NCBI GenBank assembly: GCA_033551855.1
Contig: JAWSUI010000001.1
Coordinates: 1 to 64,000 of the forward strand
Reading direction: 5' to 3'
Length of the DNA stretch: 64,000 bases
Source of the DNA: Deferrisomatales bacterium
Lineage (GTDB): Bacteria > Desulfobacterota > Deferrisomatia > Deferrisomatales > JACRMM01
Part shown: positions 39,144-48,427 of the stretch, piece after piece
How the letters are laid out: each line of letters begins with the position of its first letter
How positions within the stretch are numbered: the first letter of the stretch is position 1
Translations under genes and position numbers: made by a program
Notes under the pieces: model-generated
The model's input: only the letters and a program-made list of their open reading frames with translations
Told to the model about the DNA's origin: nothing
The model's database searches: none

Positions 39144-39160
39144 TGGCACGGTCGTTGCTA
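39144..39160 (+). promoter_or_regulatory. sigma54 promoter of the hdr-metVF operon
   Basis: Consensus TGGCACG-GTCG-TTGCTA, preceded by an AT-rich IHF-like stretch. Confidence 0.85.
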
Positions 39161-39222
39161 TCCCACAAGGGCAACGGCGGGGATTTTCCGGGCCCTCGCG
39201 GCCCCCGACAAAGGAGGATGCC

Positions 39223-39702
39223 ATGCAGACCAGACCCGACGTCATGATCCTCGACACCGACCGCAGCCGCAGCAAGTCCCTCCGGAGAATCCTTCAAGAC
39301 GGGCGGCAGGACGTGAGGGTGGAAGAGGTCGCCGAGGTCGCGAGCGCCCGCGGGGCCATCCTCTCCCGGCGACCCGCCCTGGTGCTGCTCCACTCCACCT
39401 TCCCGTATCTCGAGGGGGACGGCACGGGGCTTCTCGAGCTCATCCAGGACGACTTCCGCAACAGCAACATCGGCGTGATGCTGGTGCTGCCCATCTCGGG
39501 TTCCCTGCTGTACCGGTCCGGGTACCAGGAGGGCATGGAGATGCTCGAGATGGCCGACGACCTGATCACCACCGACTACACGAGCGACATGATCCAGTCC
39601 GTGGTCTGCGACTACCTGGGTCGGCGCGCCGCCGCCACGGAGAGCGTGGTGGAGGCCGCAGGCACCCCCGAGTACGCCTTCGTGCCCACGAAGCGCGTTT
39701 GA
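39223..39702 (+). CDS. Receiver-like (pseudo-REC) single-domain protein
   Basis: AAGGAGG SD; REC-like pattern VMILDTD..RPALVLLH..ADDLITT lacks the phospho-Asp and the conserved Lys. Confidence 0.65.
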   Translation: MQTRPDVMILDTDRSRSKSLRRILQDGRQDVRVEEVAEVASARGAILSRRPALVLLHSTFPYLEGDGTGLLELIQDDFRNSNIGVMLVLPISGSLLYRSGYQEGMEMLEMADDLITTDYTSDMIQSVVCDYLGRRAAATESVVEAAGTPEYAFVPTKRV

Positions 39703-39793
39703 GAGGTCCGTTCGCGGATACGGTGACGCACCGGGAGCGTCCGCGGGGACGCGCAGGCCCTGGGGGGGGCGCGGGATAGCGGGAGAAGAATCG

Positions 39794-42700
39794 ATGGCGA
39801 GCGGCAAGAGCCCCACGGGGGCGGTGCTGGTGGTGGGAGGGGGCATCGCCGGGATCCAGGCGAGCCTGGACCTGGCGGAGAGCGGCTACAAGGTCTACCT
39901 GGCGGAGAGCCGCTCCGCCATCGGGGGCCACATGGCCCAGTTGGACAAGACCTTCCCCACCAACGACTGCGCCATGTGCACCATCAGCCCCAAGCTGGTG
40001 GACGCGGGCCGCCACCTGAACATCGAGATCCTGACCGGCGCGGAGGTCCTCGCCCTCGAAGGCGAGGCAGGGGACTTCCGGGCCAGGCTCCGCCGCCACC
40101 CCCGCTACATCGACCCCGCCAAGTGCACGGCCTGCGGCGACTGCGAGAAGGTGTGCCCGGTGGAGATCCCGGGCCGCTTCGACGAAGGCCTCGTGCGCCA
40201 GCGGGCTGCCCACAAGCTGTACCCCCAGGCCGTCCCGAACGCTTACGCCATCGAGAAGATCGGGGTCAGCCCCTGCCGCGACGCGTGCCCCGCGGGCCAG
40301 CGGGCCCAGGGGTACATCGCCCACATTCGCAACGGGGACTACGAGGCGGCGTTCCGGACGATCAAGCTCGACAACCCCTTCCCCGCCATCTGCGGGCGCA
40401 TCTGCAACCACCGGTGCGAAGACGCGTGCAACCGGGCCAAGCTCGACCAGGCCCTGGACATCCGTGCGCTGAAGCGCTTCGTCACCGACCACGAGTATGC
40501 CAAGCCCTACCAGCCGCCGGAGCCGGCGGCTCGGCGCTACGAGGAACGGGTCGCGATCATCGGCGCGGGCCCGTGCGGGCTCTCGGCAGCCAAGGACCTG
40601 TGCCTGGAGGGGTACGGGGTCACCGTGTACGAGGCGCTGCCCGTGGCCGGAGGGATGCTTCGGGTGGGCGTGCCCCAGTACCGGCTGCCCACCGAAGTGA
40701 TCGACAGGGAGGTCCAGGAGATTGTCGACTACGGCGTGGACTTGCGGCTGGAGTCCCCCGTGACGAACGTGGAGGAGCTCTTCGCCCAAGGCTACGCGGC
40801 GGTCCTCATCGCGGTGGGGGCCCACGAGGGCATCCGGCTGCCCATCGAGGGGGCCGACCTTCCCGGGGTGCTCACCAACACCTCGTTCCTGCGCGACGTG
40901 CGGCTCGGGTCCCCCCCGGAGCTGGGGGAGAGGGTAGTCGTCATCGGGGCCGGCGACGTGGCCATGGACTGCGCCCGCACCTCCGTGCGCCTCGGCCGTC
41001 AGGTGGCGGTGCACTACCGCCGAAGCCGGGAGGAAGCCCCCGCCGACCCCCTGGAGATCGCGCACGCCCTGGAGGAGGGGGTGGACTTCCACTGGCTCTC
41101 CAACCCCGTGGCGGTGCTCGCCGGACCGGACGGCCGGGTGCGGGGGCTCCGCCTCCAGCGCATGGCCCTCGGCGCCCCGGACGAGAAGGGGCGGCGGCGC
41201 CCGGCCCCCGTCGAGGGCTCCGAGTACGAGGTCCCGTGCGACAACGTGATCTTCTCCGTGGGGCAGAGGGCCGGTCTCGCGTTCCTGCCCCCCGACACGG
41301 GGGTGGCAATCGGGGGGGACAACACGGTCACCGTGGACCCCGAGACCTTCGCCACCTCGCGGCCGGGGCTGTTCGCGGCGGGGGACAGCACCACAGGGAC
41401 GGCCTTCCTGATCGACGCCGTGGCTTCCGGCCACCGGGCGGCCCGGGGCATCCACGCGCACTTGAGGGGCGAGCCGCTGCGGCGCACCGCGAAGGAGCGC
41501 CTGCCCGTGGCAGATATCCCGCGTGAGGCCCTGGTGGCCGGCGCCGACCGGGGGGAGCTCCGCCGGGAGGGACGTCTCCACGTGCGCAACCTAGACGCCT
41601 CCGAGCGCCGCCGCAGCTTCGACGAGGTGGCCTTGGGGTACACCGAGGCGGAGGCCCGTCACGAGGCGGAACGCTGCCTCTCCTGCGGTGTCTGCTCCGA
41701 GTGCTACGCCTGCGTGGAGGCCTGCAAGGCCGGCGCGGTGGTCCACGAGGAGCTGGAGCAGGAGGAGTGGCTCCAGGTCGGCGCCGTCGTCCTGGCGCCG
41801 GGGTACGAGCTCTACGACGCCCGCCTGAGCCAGGAGTTCGGCCTCGGCCGCTACCCCAACGTGGTAACGGCCATGCAGTTCGAGCGCATGCTCTCGGCCT
41901 CCGGCCCAACCCACGGCCACGTGAGGCGTCCCGGTGACGGGACCGTCCCGAAGCGGATCGCGTTCCTCCAGTGCGTCGGGAGCCGGGACCAGAACCACGA
42001 CTACTGCTCGAGCGTGTGCTGCATGTACGCGGCCAAGGAAGCCATCATGGCCGTGGAGCACGAGCCCGGAACCGAGGTGACCGTGTTCTTCATGGACACC
42101 CGGTCCTTCTCCAAGGGCTATGACGAGTACTACCGCCGCGCCCGCGAGCGTTACGGGATCCGCTACGAGCGGTGCCGGGTCTCGCGCCTGACCGAGGACC
42201 CTGCGAGCGGCGCGCTCACCGTACGGTACGTACGGGACGGCGCCCTGCGCCAAGAGCCCTTCGACCTGGTGGTCCTCTCGGTGGGGATGGAGGTCTCCCC
42301 GTCCGTGAGGGAGCTGGGCGGCCGGTTGGGGGTGGAGCTCGACGAGTACGGCTTCTGCCACACCACCCTCTTCAACCCCCTGGAGTCGAGCCGGCCCGGG
42401 GTCTTCGTGGCCGGCCCCTTCCGGGAGCCCAAGGACATCCCGGAGACCGTAGTGGAGGCGAGCGGCGCGGCCTCCCGGGCGGGTACCCTCCTGTCGTCCG
42501 CCCGGGGCACCCTGACCCGGCTGCCGGAGTACCCGCCCGAGCGCGACGTGGAGGGAGAGGAGCCTCGTGTGGGGGTCTTCGTCTGCCACTGCGGGTCGAA
42601 CATCGGGGGCTACCTGGACGTGCCGTCGGTGGCCGACTACGCCGGCGGCCTGCCCGGGGTCTCCCACGCCGAGGCGAACCTCTACACCTGCTCCCAGGAC

Positions 42701-44329
42701 ACGGTGGCCCACATCAGCGAGATCGTGCGGGAGGAGGGCCTGAACCGGGTGGTGGTGGCGTCCTGCAGTCCCCGCACCCACGAGCCCCTCTTCCAGGACG
42801 CTGTCCGGGCCGCCGGACTCAACCCGGCCCTCTTCGAGATGGCCAACATCCGGAACCAGTGCTCGTGGGTGCACGCCGGGGCCTGGGACCGGGCCACCGA
42901 GAAGGCGATGGACCTCGTGCGGGGAGCCGTGGCCCGGGCCGGGCGCCTGGAGCCGGTGCACTCCCTGGAATTCCCGGTGCGGAAGTCCGCCTTGGTGCTG
43001 GGGGGGGGCGCCGCCGGCATGACGGCGGCCCTCGAGCTCGCAGACCAGGGGTTCCCCGTCCACCTGGTGGAGAAGGCCGCGGAGCTCGGCGGGAACCTGA
43101 GACAACTGCGCTTTCTGGAGGACGGGAAGAGCCCCGCGGAGTGGCTCGGGGATCTGGCGGGGCGCACCGCCGCCCACCCGAACATCGACGTGCACCTGGG
43201 CACCACCCTGCAGGAGATCGGCGGCTTCCGGGGCAACTTCTCATCGACCCTGGCGGGCTCGGGCGGCGAGACGGTGCGAGTGGAGCACGGGGTGGCAGTG
43301 GTGGCCACCGGCGCCCGGGAGTACCGGGGACCGGAGTACGGGCTCGGCAGCCACCCCGACATCGTCACGGCCTTGGACTTCGAGGAGCTGCTCTACCGCA
43401 AGGCGGGGGGCAACGGCCACGACGCCGCAGCACACCTCACGGCTCGGCCGCTGCCCGACAGCGTCGCCATGATCCTGTGCGTGGGCCCTGCGGAGCGCTT
43501 CTGCGCCCGCACCTGCTGCACCACGGCCATCAAGAACGCCTTGGTGCTCAAGGAGCTCAAGCCCGACGCCGAGGTGACGGTGCTGTACAAGGACGTGCGC
43601 ACCTACGGCTTCAAGGAGCGCCTGTACACGGAGGCCCGGCGCCGAGGGGTGCGCTTCCGGCGCTACGACGAGGCCGAAAAGCCCCGGGCCTCGGTGGAAT
43701 GGAGCTCCGTGCGCTTGGATTACCGGGACGCGGGCTCGGGCCGGTCCGTGACGCTGCGCCCGCAGATGCTCGTCCTCGCCGAGCCCATGGTTCCCCACGC
43801 CGACGCCGGGGAGCTCGCCACCCGCCTCAAGGTGCCCCTGGACGGCGACGGGTTCTTCCTGGAGGCCCACGTGAAGCTCCGGCCCGTGGACTTCCAGTCC
43901 GACGGCCTATACCTGGCGGGCCTCGCCCACTACCCCAAGTTCCTGGCGGAGTCCATCGCCCAGGCACAGGCGGCCGCCGCCCGGGCGGCGACGGTGCTCT
44001 CCAAGGACGTGCTCCACGCCGAGGGGATCGTCGCCCACGTGGACCAGGAAAAGTGCGTGGGGTGCCTCACCTGCGTACGGGTGTGCCCCTACGAGGTGCC
44101 GCAGATGCAGGCCCAGGCCGGCGGGGTGGGCGGCATCGCCGGGGCCGCCTACGTGGAGCCCGCCACCTGCCACGGCTGCGGCGTGTGCGCGGGTGAGTGC
44201 CCGGCAAAGGCCATCCAACTGGCCCACTACACCGACGCCCAGGTGGGCGCGATGGTCGAGGGCCTGTTCGAGGGCAGGGCCCGGTATCACGGAAAGCCGT
44301 CCGAGGGGACCGCGCCGGGCGGGTGTTAG
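39794..44329 (+). CDS. hdrA: Large HdrA-like flavoprotein (HdrL type: two HdrA units plus a GltD-like insert)
   Basis: GGGIAG..LDKTFPTNDC; ferredoxin motifs; GltD-like CRDACPAG..ICGRICNHRCE, GAGPCG, GAGDVAMD; QCVGSRD..YCSSVCC; GVFVCHCG; second FAD site GGGAAG; C-terminal ferredoxin. Confidence 0.9.
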   Translation: MASGKSPTGAVLVVGGGIAGIQASLDLAESGYKVYLAESRSAIGGHMAQLDKTFPTNDCAMCTISPKLVDAGRHLNIEILTGAEVLALEGEAGDFRARLRRHPRYIDPAKCTACGDCEKVCPVEIPGRFDEGLVRQRAAHKLYPQAVPNAYAIEKIGVSPCRDACPAGQRAQGYIAHIRNGDYEAAFRTIKLDNPFPAICGRICNHRCEDACNRAKLDQALDIRALKRFVTDHEYAKPYQPPEPAARRYEERVAIIGAGPCGLSAAKDLCLEGYGVTVYEALPVAGGMLRVGVPQYRLPTEVIDREVQEIVDYGVDLRLESPVTNVEELFAQGYAAVLIAVGAHEGIRLPIEGADLPGVLTNTSFLRDVRLGSPPELGERVVVIGAGDVAMDCARTSVRLGRQVAVHYRRSREEAPADPLEIAHALEEGVDFHWLSNPVAVLAGPDGRVRGLRLQRMALGAPDEKGRRRPAPVEGSEYEVPCDNVIFSVGQRAGLAFLPPDTGVAIGGDNTVTVDPETFATSRPGLFAAGDSTTGTAFLIDAVASGHRAARGIHAHLRGEPLRRTAKERLPVADIPREALVAGADRGELRREGRLHVRNLDASERRRSFDEVALGYTEAEARHEAERCLSCGVCSECYACVEACKAGAVVHEELEQEEWLQVGAVVLAPGYELYDARLSQEFGLGRYPNVVTAMQFERMLSASGPTHGHVRRPGDGTVPKRIAFLQCVGSRDQNHDYCSSVCCMYAAKEAIMAVEHEPGTEVTVFFMDTRSFSKGYDEYYRRARERYGIRYERCRVSRLTEDPASGALTVRYVRDGALRQEPFDLVVLSVGMEVSPSVRELGGRLGVELDEYGFCHTTLFNPLESSRPGVFVAGPFREPKDIPETVVEASGAASRAGTLLSSARGTLTRLPEYPPERDVEGEEPRVGVFVCHCGSNIGGYLDVPSVADYAGGLPGVSHAEANLYTCSQDTVAHISEIVREEGLNRVVVASCSPRTHEPLFQDAVRAAGLNPALFEMANIRNQCSWVHAGAWDRATEKAMDLVRGAVARAGRLEPVHSLEFPVRKSALVLGGGAAGMTAALELADQGFPVHLVEKAAELGGNLRQLRFLEDGKSPAEWLGDLAGRTAAHPNIDVHLGTTLQEIGGFRGNFSSTLAGSGGETVRVEHGVAVVATGAREYRGPEYGLGSHPDIVTALDFEELLYRKAGGNGHDAAAHLTARPLPDSVAMILCVGPAERFCARTCCTTAIKNALVLKELKPDAEVTVLYKDVRTYGFKERLYTEARRRGVRFRRYDEAEKPRASVEWSSVRLDYRDAGSGRSVTLRPQMLVLAEPMVPHADAGELATRLKVPLDGDGFFLEAHVKLRPVDFQSDGLYLAGLAHYPKFLAESIAQAQAAAARAATVLSKDVLHAEGIVAHVDQEKCVGCLTCVRVCPYEVPQMQAQAGGVGGIAGAAYVEPATCHGCGVCAGECPAKAIQLAHYTDAQVGAMVEGLFEGRARYHGKPSEGTAPGGC

Positions 44330-44375
44330 GGGAAACGGGGGTAAGACGGGTTTTCCACCTCACGAGGAGGCCGAG

Positions 44376-44876
44376 ATGAGCGAGTTCAGCCCGGGCATTG
44401 TCGCCTTCTGCTGCCACCACTGCGCGTACGGGGCTGCGGACCTCGCAGGGGCCATGCGGCTAAGCTACCCCGACGCCGTGCGGGTGGTGCGCCTGCCCTG
44501 CACCGGCAAGCTCGACGTGGCCCACGTTCTCTCGGCCTTCGAGCACGGTGCCGACGGGGTGATGGTGGCCGGTTGACTGCCGGGCGACTGCCATTACCTG
44601 GAAGGTAATACGAACGCAAAGAGAAGAGTCCGCTACATCGCCCAGCTCCTGGAGGAGATCGGCGTGGGGGGGGAGAGGGTGCGCATGGTTCACCTCTCCT
44701 CGGCGGAAGGTGCCCGCTTTGCCGAGATCTGCACCGAAACGACCGAGGCCTTGAAAGCGCTGGGGCCGAGCCCGTTGGGAAGGAAACCGGACGGGGTGAC
44801 GGGATCGACGGGGGGGGAGAGCGGAACGCGGAAGGCCGCGGAGGAAGGCAACACGGAGGCGCCCGCAGCACCGTAG
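44376..44876 (+). CDS. mvhD: MvhD-like [2Fe-2S] subunit, selenocysteine-containing (UGA 44574-44576)
   Basis: AFCCHHCAY, VRLPCTGK, GADGVMVAG-U-LPGDCHYLEGN; the frame stays open to 44876 (LGPSPL); the paralog has Cys at this position. Confidence 0.88.
44577..44618 (+). promoter_or_regulatory. Candidate bacterial SECIS element
   Basis: Stem ATTACCT-GGA-AGGTAAT (44593-44609) begins 16 nt after the UGA; G-containing loop; locally AT-rich codon choice. Confidence 0.72.
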
Positions 44877-44916
44877 GCAGATCCGGGCGCAACCGGTTCA
44901 CCCCGTCATCCCGTCC
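44789..44916. repeat. ACRGGAT inverted-repeat element 1 (mvhD1/metV1 junction)
   Basis: Left arm GGACGGGGTGACGGGATCGACGG; right arm CCGGTTCACCCCGTCATCCCGTCC. Confidence 0.7.
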
Positions 44917-44934
44917 CAGGACAAGAGGGTTCCC

Positions 44935-45654
44935 ATGATCGTCGCCGAACAGAAGCCCCTCGACGAGATCCTCGCCATGACCGCCGACGCCTCGGATGTG
45001 CTCGTCCTGGGGTGCGGCACCTGCGTGACCGTGTGCTTCGCCGGCGGAGACAAGGAGGCCGAGATCCTCGCCGCCTCCCTGCGCATGAAGGCCCAGCTCG
45101 CGGGCTCCCCCCGGGAGGTGGCCCACGCCACCGTGCAGCGCCAGTGTGAGTGGGAGTACCTGGACGGGGTCGGCGAGGCCCTCCAGGCGGCGGGCGCCGT
45201 GGTGTCCCTCGCCTGTGGCGTCGGCGCCCAGGCCATCGTGGAGCGCTTTCCCGAGGCCAGGATGGTTCCAGGGCTCAACACCCGCTTCTACGGCCTCCCG
45301 ACCACCCACGGCGTCTGGGAGGAACGGTGTGCGGGGTGCGGCGACTGCGTGCTCGAATACACCGGTGGCATCTGCCCCGTGGCCCGCTGCTCGAAGAGTC
45401 TTCTCAACGGCCCCTGCGGCGGCACCAACAAGGGCAACTGCGAGGTGGACCCGAACACGCCGTGCGCCTGGCGCCTGATCGTCGAACGCATGGAGAAGCT
45501 CGGCCACCTGGGCCGCCTCGAGGAAGTCCACGCCCCCAAGAACTGGCGGGCGGGCCGGGACGGCGGCCCGGGGCGCATCCTCCGGGAGGACCTGGTGCGC
45601 GAGCGCGACCGCGAGGCCCTGGGGCTGAGGGAGGAGGCGCGCGCAGGGGGGTGA
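44935..45654 (+). CDS. metV: Methylene-THF reductase subunit MetV (copy 1)
   Basis: GCGTCVTVC.AGG, RQCEWEY, LACGVG, CAGCGDC...GGICPVARCSKSLLNGPCGG. Confidence 0.88.
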   Translation: MIVAEQKPLDEILAMTADASDVLVLGCGTCVTVCFAGGDKEAEILAASLRMKAQLAGSPREVAHATVQRQCEWEYLDGVGEALQAAGAVVSLACGVGAQAIVERFPEARMVPGLNTRFYGLPTTHGVWEERCAGCGDCVLEYTGGICPVARCSKSLLNGPCGGTNKGNCEVDPNTPCAWRLIVERMEKLGHLGRLEEVHAPKNWRAGRDGGPGRILREDLVRERDREALGLREEARAGG

Positions 45655-45720
45655 CCGGTAGGGGTAGGGGACTCGACCGGATGAGGGGATCGAAGGGAGG
45701 CCGAGGCAAGGGCAAGATCC

Positions 45721-45838
45721 TTGGGCAGGATGACGGGAGGAACGGGATGGCATGGCGGCAGGAACACGATGGAAGCGGACGCGAACCGGAGACCCGTGTG
45801 AAACGGCTTCATCCTGTCCATCCTGTGATCCCTTCCAA
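45721..45838. repeat. ACRGGAT inverted-repeat element 2 (metV1/metF1 junction)
   Basis: TTGGGCAGGATGACGGGAGGAACGGGATG-N60-CATCCTGTCCATCCTGTGATCCCTTCCAA; decayed outer arms at about 45673-45699 and 45844-45860. Confidence 0.78.
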
Positions 45839-45874
45839 GAACGTCTTCCTGTTCATCCCATGGGAGAAGGCGCG

Positions 45875-46867
45875 ATGAGCGAGGCAGCCAGCCAGAGCAA
45901 CCTGGAGAAGGTATTCGCGTCGGGGACGTTCGCAGTCACCGGCGAGCTCGGCCCGCCCAAGGGCGCGGACCCCGAGGTGATCCGCAGGAAGGCCCGCCTC
46001 CTGCGCGGCGCGGTGGACGCGGCGAACATCACCGACAACCAGACGGCGGTGGTGCGCATGTCGTCCATTGCGGCAGGCCTGCTGGCCCGGGACGAGGGCG
46101 TCGAGCCGGTGGCCCAGATGACCTGCCGCGACCGCAACCGCCTCGCCATCCAAGCCGACCTCCTGGGGGCCTGGGGCCTGGGGCTCCGCAACCTCCTGTG
46201 CCTCACGGGAGACCACCAGACCTTCGGGAATCACCCCTCGGCGAAGAACGTGTGGGACGTGGACTCGATCCAGCTCGTGAAGATGATGGCGGAGATGAGA
46301 GACCGAGGCGTCTTCGCCAACGGCGAGGAGATCGAGGAGGACCCGCCCCGCTTCTTCCTGGGCGCCGTCGAGAGCCCCTTCGCGGAGCCTTTCGCGTACC
46401 GCCCCTTCCGGGTGGCCAAGAAGGTGCGGGCGGGTGCCCGCTTCCTCCAGACCCAGTGCATCTACAACATGCCCCGCTTCAAGGAGTTCATGGCACGCCT
46501 CGGCGACATGGGGCTCCTGGACAAGGTGTACGTGATGGCCGGCCTCAGTCCCCTCAAGGGGCCGGCGATGGCTAAGTACATGGCGGCCAACGTACCGGGC
46601 ATCGACATGCCCGACGCGGTGGTGGAGCGGCTCACCCAGGCCGGGAAGGGCCTCGAGGACAAGGCGGAGAAGTCCAAGGCCTGGCGCGCCGAGGGCATCC
46701 GGCTGTGCATCGAGCAGATCCAGGAGGTCCGGGAGATCCCCGGCGTGGCAGGGGTGCACGTCATGGCCATCGAGTGGGAGGAGGCGGTACGCCCCATCGT
46801 GGAGGGTGCAGGGCTCCTCCCCCGCCCCCAGCCCCTGCCGGCCGAGAGCAGGGGACAGGGGGCGTAG
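45875..46867 (+). CDS. metF: Methylenetetrahydrofolate reductase (copy 1)
   Basis: GELGPPKG, NITDNQ, QMTCRDRN, LCLTGDH, FLQTQ, GVHVMA. Confidence 0.92.
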   Translation: MSEAASQSNLEKVFASGTFAVTGELGPPKGADPEVIRRKARLLRGAVDAANITDNQTAVVRMSSIAAGLLARDEGVEPVAQMTCRDRNRLAIQADLLGAWGLGLRNLLCLTGDHQTFGNHPSAKNVWDVDSIQLVKMMAEMRDRGVFANGEEIEEDPPRFFLGAVESPFAEPFAYRPFRVAKKVRAGARFLQTQCIYNMPRFKEFMARLGDMGLLDKVYVMAGLSPLKGPAMAKYMAANVPGIDMPDAVVERLTQAGKGLEDKAEKSKAWRAEGIRLCIEQIQEVREIPGVAGVHVMAIEWEEAVRPIVEGAGLLPRPQPLPAESRGQGA

Positions 46868-46985
46868 CGTCGTCGCGGGCAGAGCGGGGCGCACGGCGCG
46901 CCGAAGCGAGCGGCGCGGCGGGAGCGCGTGGGCAACCGGGCAATCCGGTCGCGCAGCAGATGGATTCACAGGCGCAGAGGTACCG

Positions 46986-48353
46986 ATGACCGCACAGACG
47001 AGCACCTCCCTGGCCGAAAGGGTCGAGCAGGCCACACACCAGAACGCCCATCTGTGCTACCAGTGCCTCCGGTGCTCCGCGGGGTGCCCTGTGGCCGAGG
47101 ACTTCGACCTGCTGCCGAGCGAGGTGATGCGGGCGGTCCAGGAAGGGGACGAGTCCGTGGCGGGGAGCCGGACGGTGTGGCTCTGCGCCTCCTGCCAGAC
47201 CTGCAACACCCGCTGCCCCCAGGGGCTCGACATCCCGGGCATCATCGACCACTTCCGCCAGCAGACCCTCGACCGGGCCTCGGTGCCGGAGACCGCCCGG
47301 TTCTTCAAGGCGTTCCTGCGGAACGCCCGGATCTTCGGCCGGGTCTACGAGGCCGGCCTGATGGGCGAGCTCAACCTCCGGGACGGGCACCCCTTCCGGG
47401 ACCTCGGGATGGGCCTGCGGATGATCCGTAAGGGCAAGATCCGCCTGCTGCCCGACTTCGCCAGACCCCCTCGCAAGGTGTCGGCCGTCTCGCCCGCACC
47501 CAACCGGGTGGCCTACTACCCGGGCTGCTCCCTCCACTCCACCGGCGCGGCCTTCGACCGGTCCTTCCGGGCCGTGGCGGGGGAGGTGGGCCTCGACGTG
47601 CTCGAGATGCCCGGGTGGACCTGCTGCGGCACCACGCCGGCCCACGGGGCGGACCCGGTGAAGGCGGTCGCCATGCCGCTCCAGAATTTGGCGATCGCCG
47701 AAAAGATGGGGCTCGACCGCGTGGTGGCTCCCTGCGCGGCGTGCTACGGCAGGTTCCAGGGGGCGCTGCGCCACTACCGGCAGGGAGGCGCCCTGGCCGA
47801 CCGGGTGGACGCCGCGCTGGGGAGCGAGTACGGGGACGGCGTGAAAGTGCTCAACGCGGTGGACCTGTTGGGCGAGGTGCCCGCCGAGTCCTGGGAGGAA
47901 AAGTGCAAGGCGCCCCTGCGGGGCCTCAAGGTGGCGTGCTACTACGGCTGCCTCCTCACCCGGCCGGCCGCCGACACCGGGGCCCCGGACCCGGAGGACC
48001 CCCAGGGGATGGAGCGCCTGGTGCGTGCCCTGGGCGGTGAACCCCTCCCCTGGTCGCGGAAGACCGACTGCTGCGGTGGGAGCCTGGCCATCTCCCACAC
48101 CGGTTTGGCGAAGCGGATGACCGCCGAGATCCTCAAGGAGGCCCAGGCCCGGGGCGCGGACCTGATTGCGGCCGCGTGCCCCCTGTGCCACGTGAACCTG
48201 GATGAGCGCCAGCCCGAGATGGCAGCCGACCTCGGGTTCACGATCCCGGTGGTGTACGTGACCCAGATCCTGGCCGTGGCCTTGGGCCTGCCCGCCGAGG
48301 CCCGGGCCCTGGACCAGTCCGCTGTGACGCCGGAACCCCTGATGAGGCTCTGA
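46986..48353 (+). CDS. HdrC-HdrB fusion (copy 1)
   Basis: CYQCLRCSAGCP and CASCQTCNTRCP (HdrC); YYPGC, WTCCG, YYGC, DCCGG, ACPLC (two CCG domains). Confidence 0.9.
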   Translation: MTAQTSTSLAERVEQATHQNAHLCYQCLRCSAGCPVAEDFDLLPSEVMRAVQEGDESVAGSRTVWLCASCQTCNTRCPQGLDIPGIIDHFRQQTLDRASVPETARFFKAFLRNARIFGRVYEAGLMGELNLRDGHPFRDLGMGLRMIRKGKIRLLPDFARPPRKVSAVSPAPNRVAYYPGCSLHSTGAAFDRSFRAVAGEVGLDVLEMPGWTCCGTTPAHGADPVKAVAMPLQNLAIAEKMGLDRVVAPCAACYGRFQGALRHYRQGGALADRVDAALGSEYGDGVKVLNAVDLLGEVPAESWEEKCKAPLRGLKVACYYGCLLTRPAADTGAPDPEDPQGMERLVRALGGEPLPWSRKTDCCGGSLAISHTGLAKRMTAEILKEAQARGADLIAAACPLCHVNLDERQPEMAADLGFTIPVVYVTQILAVALGLPAEARALDQSAVTPEPLMRL

Positions 48354-48427
48354 CGCGGCGGGGCGCCGCCCGCGGCCGGCCTCGGCAGGGCTGGCGCCCG
48401 GCCCGCGACCGCCCGAAGCGAGGTCCC

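Noticed and set aside
44193..44876. mvhD as a split pseudogene (two ORFs in the track)
   Set aside because: The single TGA falls at a conserved Cys position with a SECIS-like hairpin downstream; Sec read-through fits better.
46868..46985. A sixth repeat element at the metF1/hdrCB1 junction
   Set aside because: No ACRGGAT units or convincing inverted arms.
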